In this document: positions 40,251 to 52,986 of the stretch, piece after piece
Layout: every line of letters starts with the position of its first letter
Numbering within the stretch: position 1 is the first letter of the stretch
Origin: Octopus sinensis
Taxonomy: Eukaryota
NCBI RefSeq assembly: GCF_006345805.1
Contig: NC_043009.1
Span: 71,858,001 to 71,922,000 of the forward strand
Direction: 5' to 3'
DNA length: 64,000 bases
Translations under genes and position numbers: made by a program
The notes under the pieces: model-generated
The model's database searches: none
Seen by the model: the letters and a program-made list of their open reading frames with translations, nothing else
Told to the model about the DNA's origin: nothing

Positions 40251-41121
40251 TACAAGGTCTGATCAATAAGTATCCGGACTGTTGCCATAGTAACGAAGCT
40301 AAAGCACACAGAGTGAAGCTGCTTGGCACACATTGACCTTGAACTCAGTTGTGTATGCAAACTAAGTTTTAACATTCTAATTCACTTTCGCTGTTTACAG
40401 CAGTGCTTGGAAGGAAGGTGTGTAGTGTGTGATCGTGGCATTGACCATGACAGAGAAAGCTGAGCAGAGAATCTGCATCAAATTTTGCCAAAAGCTGGCA
40501 ATGCCTGCTCAGAGACCAATGCAAATTTTCTGAAAAGTTTTCATTGTTCTCGAAACAATCAAGGGGATCTTGTGCAACTGAGACCCAAGTGTCTTTTTAG
40601 TCAGTTGAAAGCAGTTTTGGCACAAAATTGGCAGACATGCATCTTATACCCAAATCTTCAGTAATAATGAACTGAACTGAACCATAATTAATCTCCACAT
40701 CCTCTGATAACTCATGGATAGTGATTCGACAATTTCCCACAAAGCTGCACTTTTACTGGCTGTGGATCTCCAAGAACGTTTGTCAATGTCAACATTTTTC
40801 AGCCATCTTGGAAACGTCTGAACCAGTCATATACTTGTGTTCAGCTCATACACCACTCTTCATACACTTTCTGCAACTCTGCATAGGCCTCTGAGCAGGT
40901 ATCGCCATGACAACTTCCTCTGTCATGGTGAATGTGACAATCACATGCTACACACGTTCCTTCAAAGCACTGCTGTAAACAGAGGAAGTGAGCCAGAATG
41001 TTTAAACTTAGTGCACATGCGTCGTAGAGCTTAAGGTCAATCGTTGCCAAGTGGCTTCACTCAGCATGTTTAGCATTGTTATTATGGCGACAGTCCGGAT
41101 ACTTATTGATCAGACCTCGTA
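40251..41121. mobile_element. Non-autonomous mariner derivative (~870 bp) made of two left ends, TA at both ends
   Basis: TIRs TAcaaggtctgatcaataagtatccggactgttgccata / tatggcgacagtccggatacttattgatcagacctcgTA. + strand MTEKAEQRICIKFCQKL. - strand transposase N-terminus through FVPKLLSTD..QD.LDCFENNENF. Confidence 0.88.
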
Positions 41122-42411
41122 TGCAGACGTGCAACGTATTTTTGCAAAAAAGAGTGCAAGAGATGCACATCCATTCTTGCAGGAACATGTAGAAAGAGCA
41201 ATGTGTCAGTAGAATGGTCTCTGCAAATGGAAACAGAGAGAAATACCTCTGCACTCACTCTGTTGGTTGGTGTAAAGGGGAAATTTCTGAGTCATTTTAT
41301 TGGGAGAAAAATTAGGTTTTATTTGCCATCAAACACAAACACATGTATACAAACTTTAATTTTCATTAATATACGTACACACGCTTACACAGTGGAATAC
41401 TTCAATAAATGGTTCCTGGCGTCAAACAGAATGTTTAAAAGAGAAAACACACACATGCCATTATACACAAACACACATTTTTGTATACGGACTGACAAAG
41501 CAAAAAAAATAGAATTTGGAATCTGTTTGAAATCTATGTTGATTGCCTGTTTGCGACAGACAAAAAGAAAAACAAAATGTAAAATGGCCAACAGCATTTC
41601 TTGTTCTTTGTATTTAACAGCACCAATAAATGGGTCGCTTCAATTGATATTTACTACTATAACTACTACTACTACTGCCGCTCTGTATACTTTGGTTATG
41701 TGTTGTTTTGGTTTTCTTGTTTCCACAGTATTTTCTATAAAACATTTGTAAATCCTAGCATTTCACTTATGTTCTCACCTGTATGATTTCTTTCTAAATC
41801 ATTCTCAAGGTACCTGTTATTACTAATGCAATAAGGATTATTTATGTCTCAGCCTTCACATTTCTTTTTCTCTTCATAAATTTTTGCTCATATCAAATAT
41901 CTCTTTTGGATTCATATTTGTTGACTTCCTCGAAAGCAGAGAACAGCTTTAGAGTTTTCAGTTCTTGATTCGATGCTATTTCAATTAGTCACCTATTATC
42001 CGTTACCAGGTAATCTTCAACCCCCTCCACCACACACACAGGGGACATTTTGAAATACTTAAGTTGCATAATGCCCTTCCCATCCAGGATCCATGGTAAA
42101 TAGAATCTTTCCATGTCAGACTTTTTGGTGATATATTTTAAATGCAGTCATAAATTACCTGATTAATTTCATGTGCTTATCCTAATTCTTTCAACCTCCA
42201 AATCAAAATATTATAATTACATCTAATTTCTTTTGGACACAACACTATTTACACCTCTTTTCTTCTTTTTATTTGTTTTTCCTTTTTAGTATTTCGCTCT
42301 GTTTTAAGTAAATTCCTTCCTAATCTTTTCTTTCATTTGTGTATCAATCTCTCTCTACTACCCTGATTCTGTGTTGTTGTTATTATTATTGTTGTTGCTG
42401 TTATTATTAAA

Positions 42412-42870
42412 GCTGCAAGCTGGCAGAAGCGTTAGCATGCTGGGCGATAAGCTTAGTGGTATTTTGCCCGTCGCTATGTCCTAAGTTCAAATTCTTCTGT
42501 GGTCGACTTTGCCTTTCATCCATTTCAGGTCAATAAATTAAGTACCAGTTGCATACTGGGGTTGATGTAATTGACTTAACCCCTCCTCCCCAAATGTCAG
42601 GCCTTGTGCCTATAGTAGAAAGGATTATTATTATTATTATTATTATTGAAGACAGTGAGCTGGAAGAATCACTAGCATGTCAGATAAAGTGCTTAGCGCT
42701 ATTTCATCCGGTCTTTATGTTCTAAGTTCAAATTCTGCTGAGCTCGATTTTGCCTTTCATCCTACCAGGGTTGATAAATTAAGTACCAGTCATGTATGGA
42801 GTCGATGTGATCAATTGTCCCCCTCCCCACAAAAATCCAAGTCTTGTGCCCTTAGTAGAAAGGATTATTA
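42412..42870 (+). mobile_element. Two head-to-tail copies of SINE family B ((ATT)n tail); further copies at ~17940-18100(-), 19325-19545(-), 39050-39200(-), 39900-40060(+), 53010-53830(+, several), 54125-54520(-), 55180-55660(-), 56200-56940(+, several), 60280-60440(-), 63940-64000(-)
   Basis: Shared ggcagaa.cgttagca..c.ggg (A-box-like), gagttcaaattc (B box), gtcgactttgcctttcatcc..tc.gggtc.ataaa.taagtaccag, and an (att)n tail. Confidence 0.85.
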
Positions 42871-43239
42871 TTACCTCTGCCTTAGCAAAGGCAACGGTAT
42901 TGTTTTCAGTCATGTTTGTTTGTCCATGGGCAAGATATCTCAAGAACCACTGGATGGATTCGGAAGAAACTTTCAGATTTGGGGATCGATCCGGCAATGT
43001 TGGTGTTGCCTTGAGAGAGGTTTGCGCTCTCTGAGTGCTCTTGTTATTATTGTCATTATCATTATTATTTCATTTATACACAACAGATTATGAGGGTTGG
43101 CTAGAAAGTTCCTAGACTAACCAAAATACTCTCATGGAATGTAGACCAATGAGGTTTATTTTTCAACATAGTTCCCCCCCTCCCCATTCCCTGCAGTCCA
43201 CATATTGAAAGCAAGGAGTTGTGTACTGAAGCATTGTCC

Positions 43240-44760
43240 TGATTCACTGCTGGACAACTAGGCTCCACCAAATGTTTTAAGCATCTCATCAGTAATTCCT
43301 AAAGGTCCAGGGGCTATTCTTGCCTTCGTATCCTTAATTGTTTTATCTATCATATCGCTGTTAACTCGACAGTTGATTCCTCTCTTGATCCCCTGTTGGC
43401 AACACCATCTTTCTCCTAAGCTCTGTCCACAGTCTTTCATAGAAGACCTCCTAAAACTCTTTCTTTTCAGAATTTCAAAATGCAAATTTATCACCATCAA
43501 CTTGCACAACTTTCTTTTAAGATCTTGATTTTCTCCAACACATTGCCTGGCAATCCACAAAGTATATTGCTTCTAGTCCTCACCTTTCTACATTAGCAAA
43601 TCTCTTATTTTCTGCTTCCCCATTTGTTAAATAAACTTATTTGATAAATAAGTGAATGGAAATGAAACCAGTGTGTTAAATAATAAGGCCCTATTTGACA
43701 AGCTTCTCTTTTAATTACTTGGTAGAATTCTCTGTGACTTTCATTCTTCCAAACCTGTCTCTTCTGTTTTAGTGTTCTGTCTTTTTCACTCTTCCACCAC
43801 TATGTCACCCACAGTCTGGCTGGAACTTCTCACTATCCACAAATTTGGTGTGTAGCCTTCTGTAGGTTGTCCCGAGGAACATCCAGTTGTCCCCTGTGTT
43901 ATATGTCTCCATCTCATTATCAAATGCTTCAATATTCTCCAAATTTCTGACTGTCCAAAGATCTTTGAGCTTCCCTATCTTCTTTTAACAGACTGGTTTC
44001 TGACTCTCTGCCTCTTTCTGCCTCTAAACCTGAAGTCTCTACCTCTTGGGTTGGATTGCACATACTTAGCATTTACAACTATGTGTCTGTCCCATTTTCT
44101 GGTGAGAATGTAGTCAATCTGGCTTGTGTCCCCTCTGATTGACAGGTGGCTAGGGCGTACTGGCTGGTTCCCTGAAGTCTGTATTGCAAGTCTTACATGA
44201 CTGCAGTCCAAAAGCTTTGTTTCCTTCTCATTTCCAGAACCAAATCCATGACCTACACAAATACCATGGAATCCATTGGGATGATGTCAAGTGTGTCCAT
44301 TAAAGTCACCAGCCACAAAGATAAGATCACAGTCACTCGTTATCAACATAATCTGCAAAAGGGCTTCATAAAATCAATCCTCTTGTTTATCCACCAGTTC
44401 CAACTGAGAAGCACGTATAGATAAATATTGCAGTCACATTCTATAGAACTGGTCTCAGTTTAATTATTCTATCACACACTCTGCTTACATTGAGCACTTT
44501 ATCTCTGCATTTCTCTGCTCACAGCCCATCACACTTGCAAACACCATTACTGCTCAGCCAGATTAATTTATACCTTATCTCATGTTTGTACCTCTTGCAC
44601 ACAGCAAGTCAAAACACCTGTTCTAGCATTTCAACAATCTCACCTGACCAACCTTTCATTGTGCTGACATTGATCGCAGCTGCTCTGAGGCTGTGGACTT
44701 CATAGGAAGGGCAAATGAAAAGCTGGGGTGGGGCAGCTTTCAGCATCTCTGTGAATGTTT
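43240..44760 (-). mobile_element. RTE-clade LINE remnant (APE endonuclease to linker)
   Basis: LRAAAINVSTMKGWSGEIVEMLE, DKVLNVSRVCDRIIKL, SQIDYILTRK and APGPLGITDEMLK, frameshifted. Confidence 0.8.
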
Positions 44761-46689
44761 CCCTTGCTCTTGCAGCTATCCAATTATACAAATCGTACCA
44801 CACAATGAATTATTATTTCCTCTGATCCTCAAACCATTACATTCAAATATATGAAAAAAAAAAAAATGCTGCTGATGATGAATAGCCAAGGAATAACACC
44901 AAGTTTGCTAAATATAAAGACAATGGTGTACAAAGGCAGGTGGAATAACACAGTTTACTTTAAAATTGGAATATTTCTACTCTTACAAATAACATGATGC
45001 GTGTAGATAACAAAATAAGGACATTGTACAAAATATTTAATACATTCTAAAACCTAAAATATTATAAGCCACAAAGGAGGGAATGGGGAACAACAACACA
45101 ATTGTTTTGAGCTGAGTGGGAGGTGCTAGATTCCCTTGTTCGAAAATATAAGAAACAGATCATGTTGTATAGCCAGCTGGAGACAATGTCTCCAGGGGCT
45201 AAATTACAGCAACATTCGCCCTAAACCAGGACTGCCATGTTATGTTGGCAAACATCTCCAAAATACTGTTGCTGAATATCTCATGTTGTGAGATTTAAAA
45301 ATAGTAACTTTCAACAACACTAAGTGACTATTTTACATATCTCAGGAAATTTAGCAATCCACACACACACGTTATATTACGATCATCATGAACATCATTA
45401 TTTAACGTCTGTTTTTCATTCTGACAGGGGTTGGGCAGATTAACAGGATCTGATAAGCCAGAAGACTATGGTTGAGCTCCAACGTCCATTTCAGGTCCAA
45501 CAGCTGGATGTGCTTCCTAACACTGACCATTCTTCTGGACAGTATTCTGTGTGTGTGTGTGTGTGTGACACACAGAGCACCAGTGAAGTAGTCGAGCAAC
45601 TTGCTAGACAAGCAACTTGCTAGACAAGAAAAGCCACCTTGACTGAGAGGGTGGATGGGGTGGGTGGATGTATTTGAGAGAGGGGTGGTGATGGGTTTAT
45701 GCCAGATGATGAGAGACTAAAGAGTAACAGACAGACAAAAGCAGGGGGTCTTGCTACAGATGACATGCAAGGCCACCCACCTTGTGTTATATAAGGATGG
45801 ATGAGATTAACTGGGAAGAAGAAAAAGATGGAGGTGATGAGGCATCATTGTGTACACTCAAGGTAAATGAAAGTGAATATAAAAGAGAGAGAACACAAAC
45901 TGTGGATTGGGTGGGATGGTGGGCAAGGATAGGGGGGTAACTTCATGAGAGTGAGTAAAGAGTGATGGTTAGGAGTGAATGTAGTGAGTGATGAACAATA
46001 AAAATGGGAGGGTGTGGTTGATGGTAAATATCAGTAAGGAAGGAGGAATGTGGGAGAGGAAGAAAGAGGAGAAAAGCAATAGTGAGGAAGATGGTGTGCA
46101 GGGGGTGGGAGTTGAAGTGGGGTAAGGAGATGTACAGTGACAGGGATGGAGGCAAGAGGTACGTAAGAGTGGCTGTAGTGAGGTGGGGGGAATTGATGGC
46201 AGATCTGTGAGAGAGAATTGAGAATGATAGGTTGGAGGTGTTAAAGATGCTGCTAAAGGCAGAGAAAGGGGATGATTAGTGGAAAATAGTTGCAGAGAGG
46301 GATAATAATGTAAATGAGGGGAGTAGGTGTCAATAGGAAGTGGGGCCAGTGAGGAGGAGGAGGTAGTGCAAAAAGACATTCAGTGAGGAGGAAGAGGAGG
46401 AGGAAGGGAAGGAGGTAGTGCAAAAAAGGGATCCAGTGAGGAGGAGGAGGTAGTGTAAAAAGGGGATGAAAAATGTGCTGAGCATGCTCTGAAATGACCA
46501 ACAGCAATTCTGTAGGACCATAGAGGAGTGATGAGTATTAGGAAGATGAGATATAGAGAATGCTTGATGGGGGCGGGGGGTGGGGCAGCAGGGATGAGCA
46601 TCTCCATACCATGTAGCATCACAGAATTATACAATTTGCCTTTTCATCCTGAAAGAGAAACACTTTGTTACCAATGGAGGTAATAACTT

Positions 46690-47400
46690 GTTCAACTTCC
46701 TCCTTTTTGTTCTTATTCAAGCAACTACATTTACAGAACAGCCTCCTCCAAGGTTCAACAGAAACCAACTGCTTCTCAGGATTCCCTTGGGCATTTGAGA
46801 AACTCTAATTCTTCATGTCCTTAGTCTTTATTACTCCCTGTGCATCTTCCACATACAAGCTCTACTTTCTCGTTGACTTCCCTGATAGTGCACTGCACTT
46901 CCTATGCACCCATAGCTTGCACTGATGGGAGCTCTACCACTCAGCTTTCCAACATATCAAGCATGGCCATTTACCTGGTGTTAGTAGAGTCCTGTCAGTT
47001 TTCCTGCTTACTTAAACTTTGGCGTTTGCTATTCACTTTCATACCTGGAATTTCTTTTACAGTTCTACTACAGATTCTGAAATTAGAATGAGGTCATCAG
47101 CATATAGCAATTCTTAAGGGTAGCCAGTCTTAAATTCTGTCATAAAAGACTAGGAACCAAGCCCTGATGAACACCTACCTGCACACTAAATTCATTGATG
47201 TACACATGATTAATGCTTACCTTGTACATGGCTTGTACAGCTTCCACAAGCCATTCATTTACTCCTGGCTTCCCAAGAGATTGTCATATTACAGAGTGAG
47301 GGTCTCTATTGAAAGCTTTTTCAGGTTGACAAACCACAATGGTTTACTTTTAGCTAAATACTTCTCCTGCAGTTGTTTGACTAAGATGGTATCAGCAGTA
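46690..47400 (-). mobile_element. RTE-clade LINE remnant (RT and Zn-finger)
   Basis: VNLKKAFNR, NEWLVEAVQAMY, VGVHQG and GKWPCLIC...CKLWVHRKC...CGRC on the minus strand. Confidence 0.78.
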
Positions 47401-48327
47401 CTTCTCATTGGCAAAAAAACAAAACAAAAAAAAAAACAGTATGGCATTTAGTAAAATTCTGTTCCTGATTAATTGGACTTTATTTCTCTTCATAACTTTC
47501 ATTACCTGAGTCCAGCAATTTGATACTTCTGTAATTACTTTTAAGGCATCTCCTTCATCTTTGGAACACTTGATCTAACACACACTTTTAATATAAAGGT
47601 CATTTCTGAGTGACCTTCCAAGAAAGAGAGATTTCAGAACCATCGTATTCTGGTTCTTGGTATACACTCGTTTAATTAAATACATACACACAAGAAACTT
47701 GAAGTAGCAATGAAGTGGATTATTTATTGCAAATGAACAAATAAACTCTGCCTGGTTTCAGTACTCTTTATCCCATTTCTTCACTGATGTGTGTGTGCAG
47801 ACAAACATAAATATATATATATATAGTTTGCATGAAGCATTGTCTGATGTTGATGTTTTATTTTTTTTAAAGCCAAAACGAATAATACAAACGGTTTGTT
47901 TGTACTTTTACTCTGTATTTCAATATTTCAAGGTTGGGACCCCTTCTCCAAGAAATCTTCAGAGAAATGGTGTTGTGAGCTCACAACACTGTTTCTCCAA
48001 AGATTTCCTGAAGAAGGCTTCCTAACCCCATAATAGTGAAATACAAAGTAAAAATATTACAACTATCAACTTGTATTATTTCTTGCATTGTTTTGGCTTA
48101 ACAAAAAAAAAAAACATATCTATATATGCATGTGTTTATATATATATATATATAATAAAAATATTAGGGAATAAATCCAAATTTACAGGGAAAAATCAGA
48201 TTTAGGATTGAATCCAATTTTATAGTAAAATATTATATAATATTAATTAGAGACAAAACCACTATTTTGTAAATCAAATAAGGAAAGACTTAATCAATAC
48301 ATAAAAAAATTTTAATATAAAGTAAAT

Positions 48328-48381
48328 AAATCGCCACTACAATTGTTTCCTGTCTTCAAATGACATTCATCAGGTGGATTT
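48328..48381 (-). ncRNA. Mirror copy of the hammerhead motif
   Basis: Exact reverse complement of 48421-48474 within the left palindrome arm. Confidence 0.72.
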
Positions 48382-48420
48382 CATATCTTCCATTCAATTT
48401 TAAATTGAATGGAAGATATG

Positions 48421-48474
48421 AAATCCACCTGATGAATGTCATTTGAAGACAGGAAACAATTGTAGTGGCGATTT
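48421..48474 (+). ncRNA. Minimal type-I hammerhead ribozyme motif
   Basis: AAAU-CCAC CUGAUGA A-UGUC(AUUUGAA)GACA-G GAAA C(AAUU)G UA GUGG-CG-AUUU. Stem I CCAC/GUGG plus AAAU/AUUU, stem II UGUC/GACA, palindromic stem III CAAUUG, predicted cleavage after GUA (48464). The 10.1-11.1 position is A-G, which is non-canonical. Confidence 0.72.
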
Positions 48475-48555
48475 ATTTACTTTATATTAAATTTTTTTTA
48501 TGTATTGATTAAGTCTTTCCTTATTTGATTTACAAAATAGTGGTTTTGTCTCTAA

Positions 48556-48594
<39 letters not shown>

Positions 48595-51500
48595 TATATA
48601 CATAATTATTGTTGTTGTTAATGTTAATAAAGATACATTTCTAACTGATACTCAGAAAACAGATTACATATTATAATCAATTCCTGATTCTCTTGAAGAC
48701 TGACTAAATGGGAAATGCATTAAACTAGTGGGGGATTTTGTGGCAGCTAAAAGTGTTGCAGACAGTTGTTAAGGGTGTCCCGGTAGCTTTAAGTTTATTC
48801 AACCCAATTGGCAACAACAACAACAAAAATGTTAGTAAGGATGTTGTGTATGTTACGAATTGAGAGAGTGAATGAGGGGAGTCACAGAAATGCTGGGGGG
48901 GGGTCCATATTACTTTCTATGAACTAAGTGTGACCACATAGTCATTTTTACAATCAAAATAATACAATGTTGTCCTCTCATCACAAATACAGGGTTTCTT
49001 TCAAGGCTCAAAGGGTTTTTTTTTTTCTTTTCCTTTCTTTGTTACAAGTTTTATTTCATTCTCTCTGAAGGGATTGGGAAAGAGCGGAGTTGAAACGAAA
49101 GGCAGCATTGCTGGTTCAAATAGGATTTACCAACTTTAAATAGGAAGCACCAACTTTAGTACCGAAATAGAGTCAGTTATATTTCTTCAGTCCTTCCACT
49201 CTATCTCTCACCATATTTGCCCAAAGTTCTCAACATAACAGCAGTCAACTAGAAGCAATCTTTTAACAAACCCACTACTGTCTTTAAAGTAGGCACATTT
49301 TTATTTCACGCCCCTAAAATCTAAAGACAGCATAGTCCCATATAAACGGGACGATTACAGACAGAAGTATCAACATTGAATGTTTTCTTTGGTCAGTTTA
49401 ATACCCTGACAATCGGTCTGCCGAAGCAGACTTCACAGGGACTATTCAAGAACAACAAATTTTTTTTTTTTCATAAATGTATGTGTATGCGTGTGTGTGT
49501 GTGGTTTAGAAAATAACAAATGATGAATGAAGAAATATATGGTAAATACAATGCAAAATTCATGATAATTTCTTGATCAAAGAAAGTTCTGTTCATTTTT
49601 GTTCTTTTATTATTTTGTATCAAAGTCATTTGCTTTATTGTCATGTATAAAAAAAAAATAAGTTCCAAATAAAATTGAATAAAATAATTGAAAAATACAT
49701 TTCCCCACCTGACTTTTTTGTTCTCATTTCAATTTCTGAGACCAGCCCCATATTCTCTGTTTTCGATTTTTATACATCTGTTTATAACAATAGATAATTT
49801 AGATTGGTTCTGTACCAGTTTCTCTTCTTTTTTACTTGACATGCATCTTGACATGACCTGCCCTTTGAGCTGTTCACTCAACTCTTGATCCATCCTGATT
49901 TGATCTCTCTCTCTTCTCTTGATTTGTTCTGGTCATTCAGCTTTTCAGCTTTTCTGTCTTGACTTGATGTGCTCTGCTCAGTCTGGACTGACTTCAGGTC
50001 TTTTGTGCGAAATTTATTGACCAGCCACATTCTATGGTTTTGGTAAAGTCTCACCTGTGATTTTTTAAAAAGGTTTCCATTAGAAATAGCAGCCAATGTT
50101 TAGTGAAGATATTTGGTTTGTCAAATGACTGGCGGATGAATTTTTTTGTCCTTCCTTTCTTATGATTTAGTTTACATGTCGACCATCTTAACACGTTTGT
50201 TATAAACGGACAGCTGAAAAGAAAATGAAAAAATCCTTTTAAACAAGTATAAATACCTGTGTATGAATAAATACATTAATCAAATAAAACCCATTCTCCC
50301 CCCCCCCCCTCTCTCTCACAAAAGAAAAGTAGCATAAGAAAAGCAAAACAAAGACCACAGAATGACAAAGAATACGAACAATGTGGAAATGAAGTGAACA
50401 GTTATGTGGCTGAGCAACTTGCTCCTCCTAACAACAGATTTCTGTCAGTGAACTTTCAAATAACCCCCACCCTACTCTGTCACATGTTTTCAATTCTGAA
50501 GTACAACAAACACCAAAACATAGACACAAGTGGCTACTGTAAGGTTTATCAAAAATGTTAGCTTTATGTCTTAGGTGTGTATACAAACAGTGATAAATGA
50601 GCCAATGAGTGGGAAGATTGTGTGTCAATGCTTGTCAAAGTGGGTGATGACAGCACACTACACCCTGACTCCATGAGGCAAGGGGAAAACTTTATGATGA
50701 TTGAGGATAAAGGACGGGGATGAATAGATGCATCTGTGCAGTTGATTTTTAGCTTTCATCTCCAATTTAAAAATTTACTTTGTGAATTTTTTAAATATAG
50801 AATTTTAATAACCAGAATCACAACAATAACAATTAGGATGACAACAATAATAAAAGATTTTGAAATAAGAACGAACTGAGTATTGAATCCACCCAGACAT
50901 CTAAATTATAAACAATAAATTGAAATATAATGACCCAGTCAAAATTTGTGGATATTTCTATACAGGGAATAAAGATCCCCATTGCACAGCATTAGGTCAT
51001 GTCCTGTCTGTCTGAGGGGTGGGGGCACGAAGAATACATAGCTGCATTTGGGCCAACATCATAAGCTAAAGGCTAGACTAATAGATGGAGTGAAGTGATG
51101 ATGTGTGAAATATTCACTTATAACAGGGTAATGCTGGGGTATGAGTGAAGCACACCAAACTGGAACCAGGAACTGAATTACTCCGGTCCTGGTATTATGG
51201 ATATTAAAAATGGTTGGGGGTGGGAGGAGAGTGGGGAAAGGCTTGAACTGTTGAATGGGAATTTTGATAAAAGAAAGGGAGTGATGGAAAGTTGGAGAGA
51301 CTCAGCTCTATGTCATCAGGTCACACAAAATGCAATAAACAACAGTCAAATCTCCCTAAAACATAGCTTAATATTTTAGAAAAGAACACATTGAACAATG
51401 TAGTCCAAGATACACTATGTTTGAATAACAAAACAAAAATGGATAATCGAGGTTGGGGCACCTTTAATCCTTTGTGCATTTAATTAAGACTGACTTGAGT

Positions 51501-52327
51501 TAAACAACAATAAGCAAAAATCTCTTGATACTAAACAAATGTCTGAAACAAAACAGACAAACAAGAATTTTAAAAAATTAACTTAGAAATCTTACTCTTT
51601 TCAATCCCTGCAAAAAATGTGTAAAAAGAAAGTTGACTCTTCCCAATCAAGCTCAGTAAATGCCAAACCAACCCACCTGAAGCTATTGGCTCTTGCAGAT
51701 TTAATACTTAAATGTCTGATGTGAGTTGTTGATAGGATTGCCATTTCTTGGACAATTAAACTCAGTTTTGGAGATGAAAGATTTAAAGGTGTTTACATCT
51801 ACGTTTTTATACTTTATGTGCTGGTGCCACATGGAAAGCAGTTCACTCTGTAAAGTGGTTGGCATTAGGAAAGGCATCCCAGCAGTAGAAACCATGCTGA
51901 AACAGACAATTGGAGCTTGTTGCAGTCCTCTGGCTTGCCAGTTCTTGTCAAAACTGTCCAACCCATGCCAGCATGGAAAACAGATGTCAACTGATGATGA
52001 TGATGATGACTATGCTTCAAGTGACTTAATCCCTGATTGTCCGCAGGTGTTTTATTCCTGGATATGTCTGTAGCATTGCTCACTAATTTCAAATGAGGAA
52101 CCTTTATTTTCCCAAATAGAGAGGTAATAAGATTTTTATTCCACTTGGCCACAGACAAATGGACATGATGATGATCTCAGATCAAGCAGAAAAATGTAGT
52201 TGAGATATAAATATTCATTTCCAAAGATAAGGTTAAGTATCAAAATAATTATAATTTTATACTGTGCTTGTTGTCGAAAGAAAAACCAAAATCAGAAACA
52301 TGCAAGATAAAACATGAACAACAATAC

Positions 52328-52895
52328 TTTATTATTATTATTATTATTGTTATTGTTATTATTATTATTGTTATTGTTATTATTGTTATTGTTATTATTG
52401 TTATTGTTATTGTATGTTGTTGTTATTGTTGTTATTGTTATTGTATTATTTTATTGTTATTATTGTTATTGTTATTGTGTTGTTGTTATTGTTGTTATTG
52501 TTATTATTGTTATTGTTATTGTTGTTGTTGTTATTGTTGTTATTGTTATTGTTATTGTTATTATTGTATTGTTATTGTTGTCGTCGTCGTCATCATCATT
52601 ATTATCATTATTATTATTATTATTATTGTTATTGTTATTATTATTATTATTATTGTTATTGTTATTATTGTTATTGTTATTATTGTTATTGTTATTGTTA
52701 TTGTTGTTGTTGTTATTGTTGTTATTGTTATTGTTATTATTGTTATTGTTATTATTGTTATTGTTATTGTTGTTGTTGTTATTGTTATTATTGTTATTGT
52801 TATTGTTGTTGTTGTTATTGTTGTTATTGTTATTATTGTTATTGTTATTATTGTTATTGTTATTATTGTTGTCGTCGTCGTCATCATCATTATTA

Positions 52896-52932
<37 letters not shown>

Positions 52933-52949
52933 CATTATTATCATTATTA

Positions 52950-52983
<34 letters not shown>
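52328..52983. repeat. (ATT/GTT)n compound trinucleotide microsatellite with an internally duplicated gtcgtcgtcatcatc block (~52578, ~52870)
   Basis: Directly visible; source of the poly-L/I/N/C ORFs. Confidence 0.97.

Positions 52984-52986
<3 letters not shown>

Larger units (their letters stand above)
48157..48568. mobile_element. Putative Penelope-like element terminal repeat in inverted duplication (palindrome 48234-48568, centre 48401)
   Basis: 167-bp arms, one mismatch, 1-nt spacer. The minus-strand copy extends to ~48157. Flanked by (TA)n. Confidence 0.7.

Noticed and set aside
41203-41751. 182-aa ORF
   Set aside because: Starts at GTG, includes microsatellite-derived runs, and has no recognisable homology.
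45900-46600. Purine-rich, G-run-rich tract with a triplicated gaggaggaggtagtgcaaaaa block
   Set aside because: Low-complexity sequence. G-quadruplex or triplex potential is generic and nothing specific supports a function.
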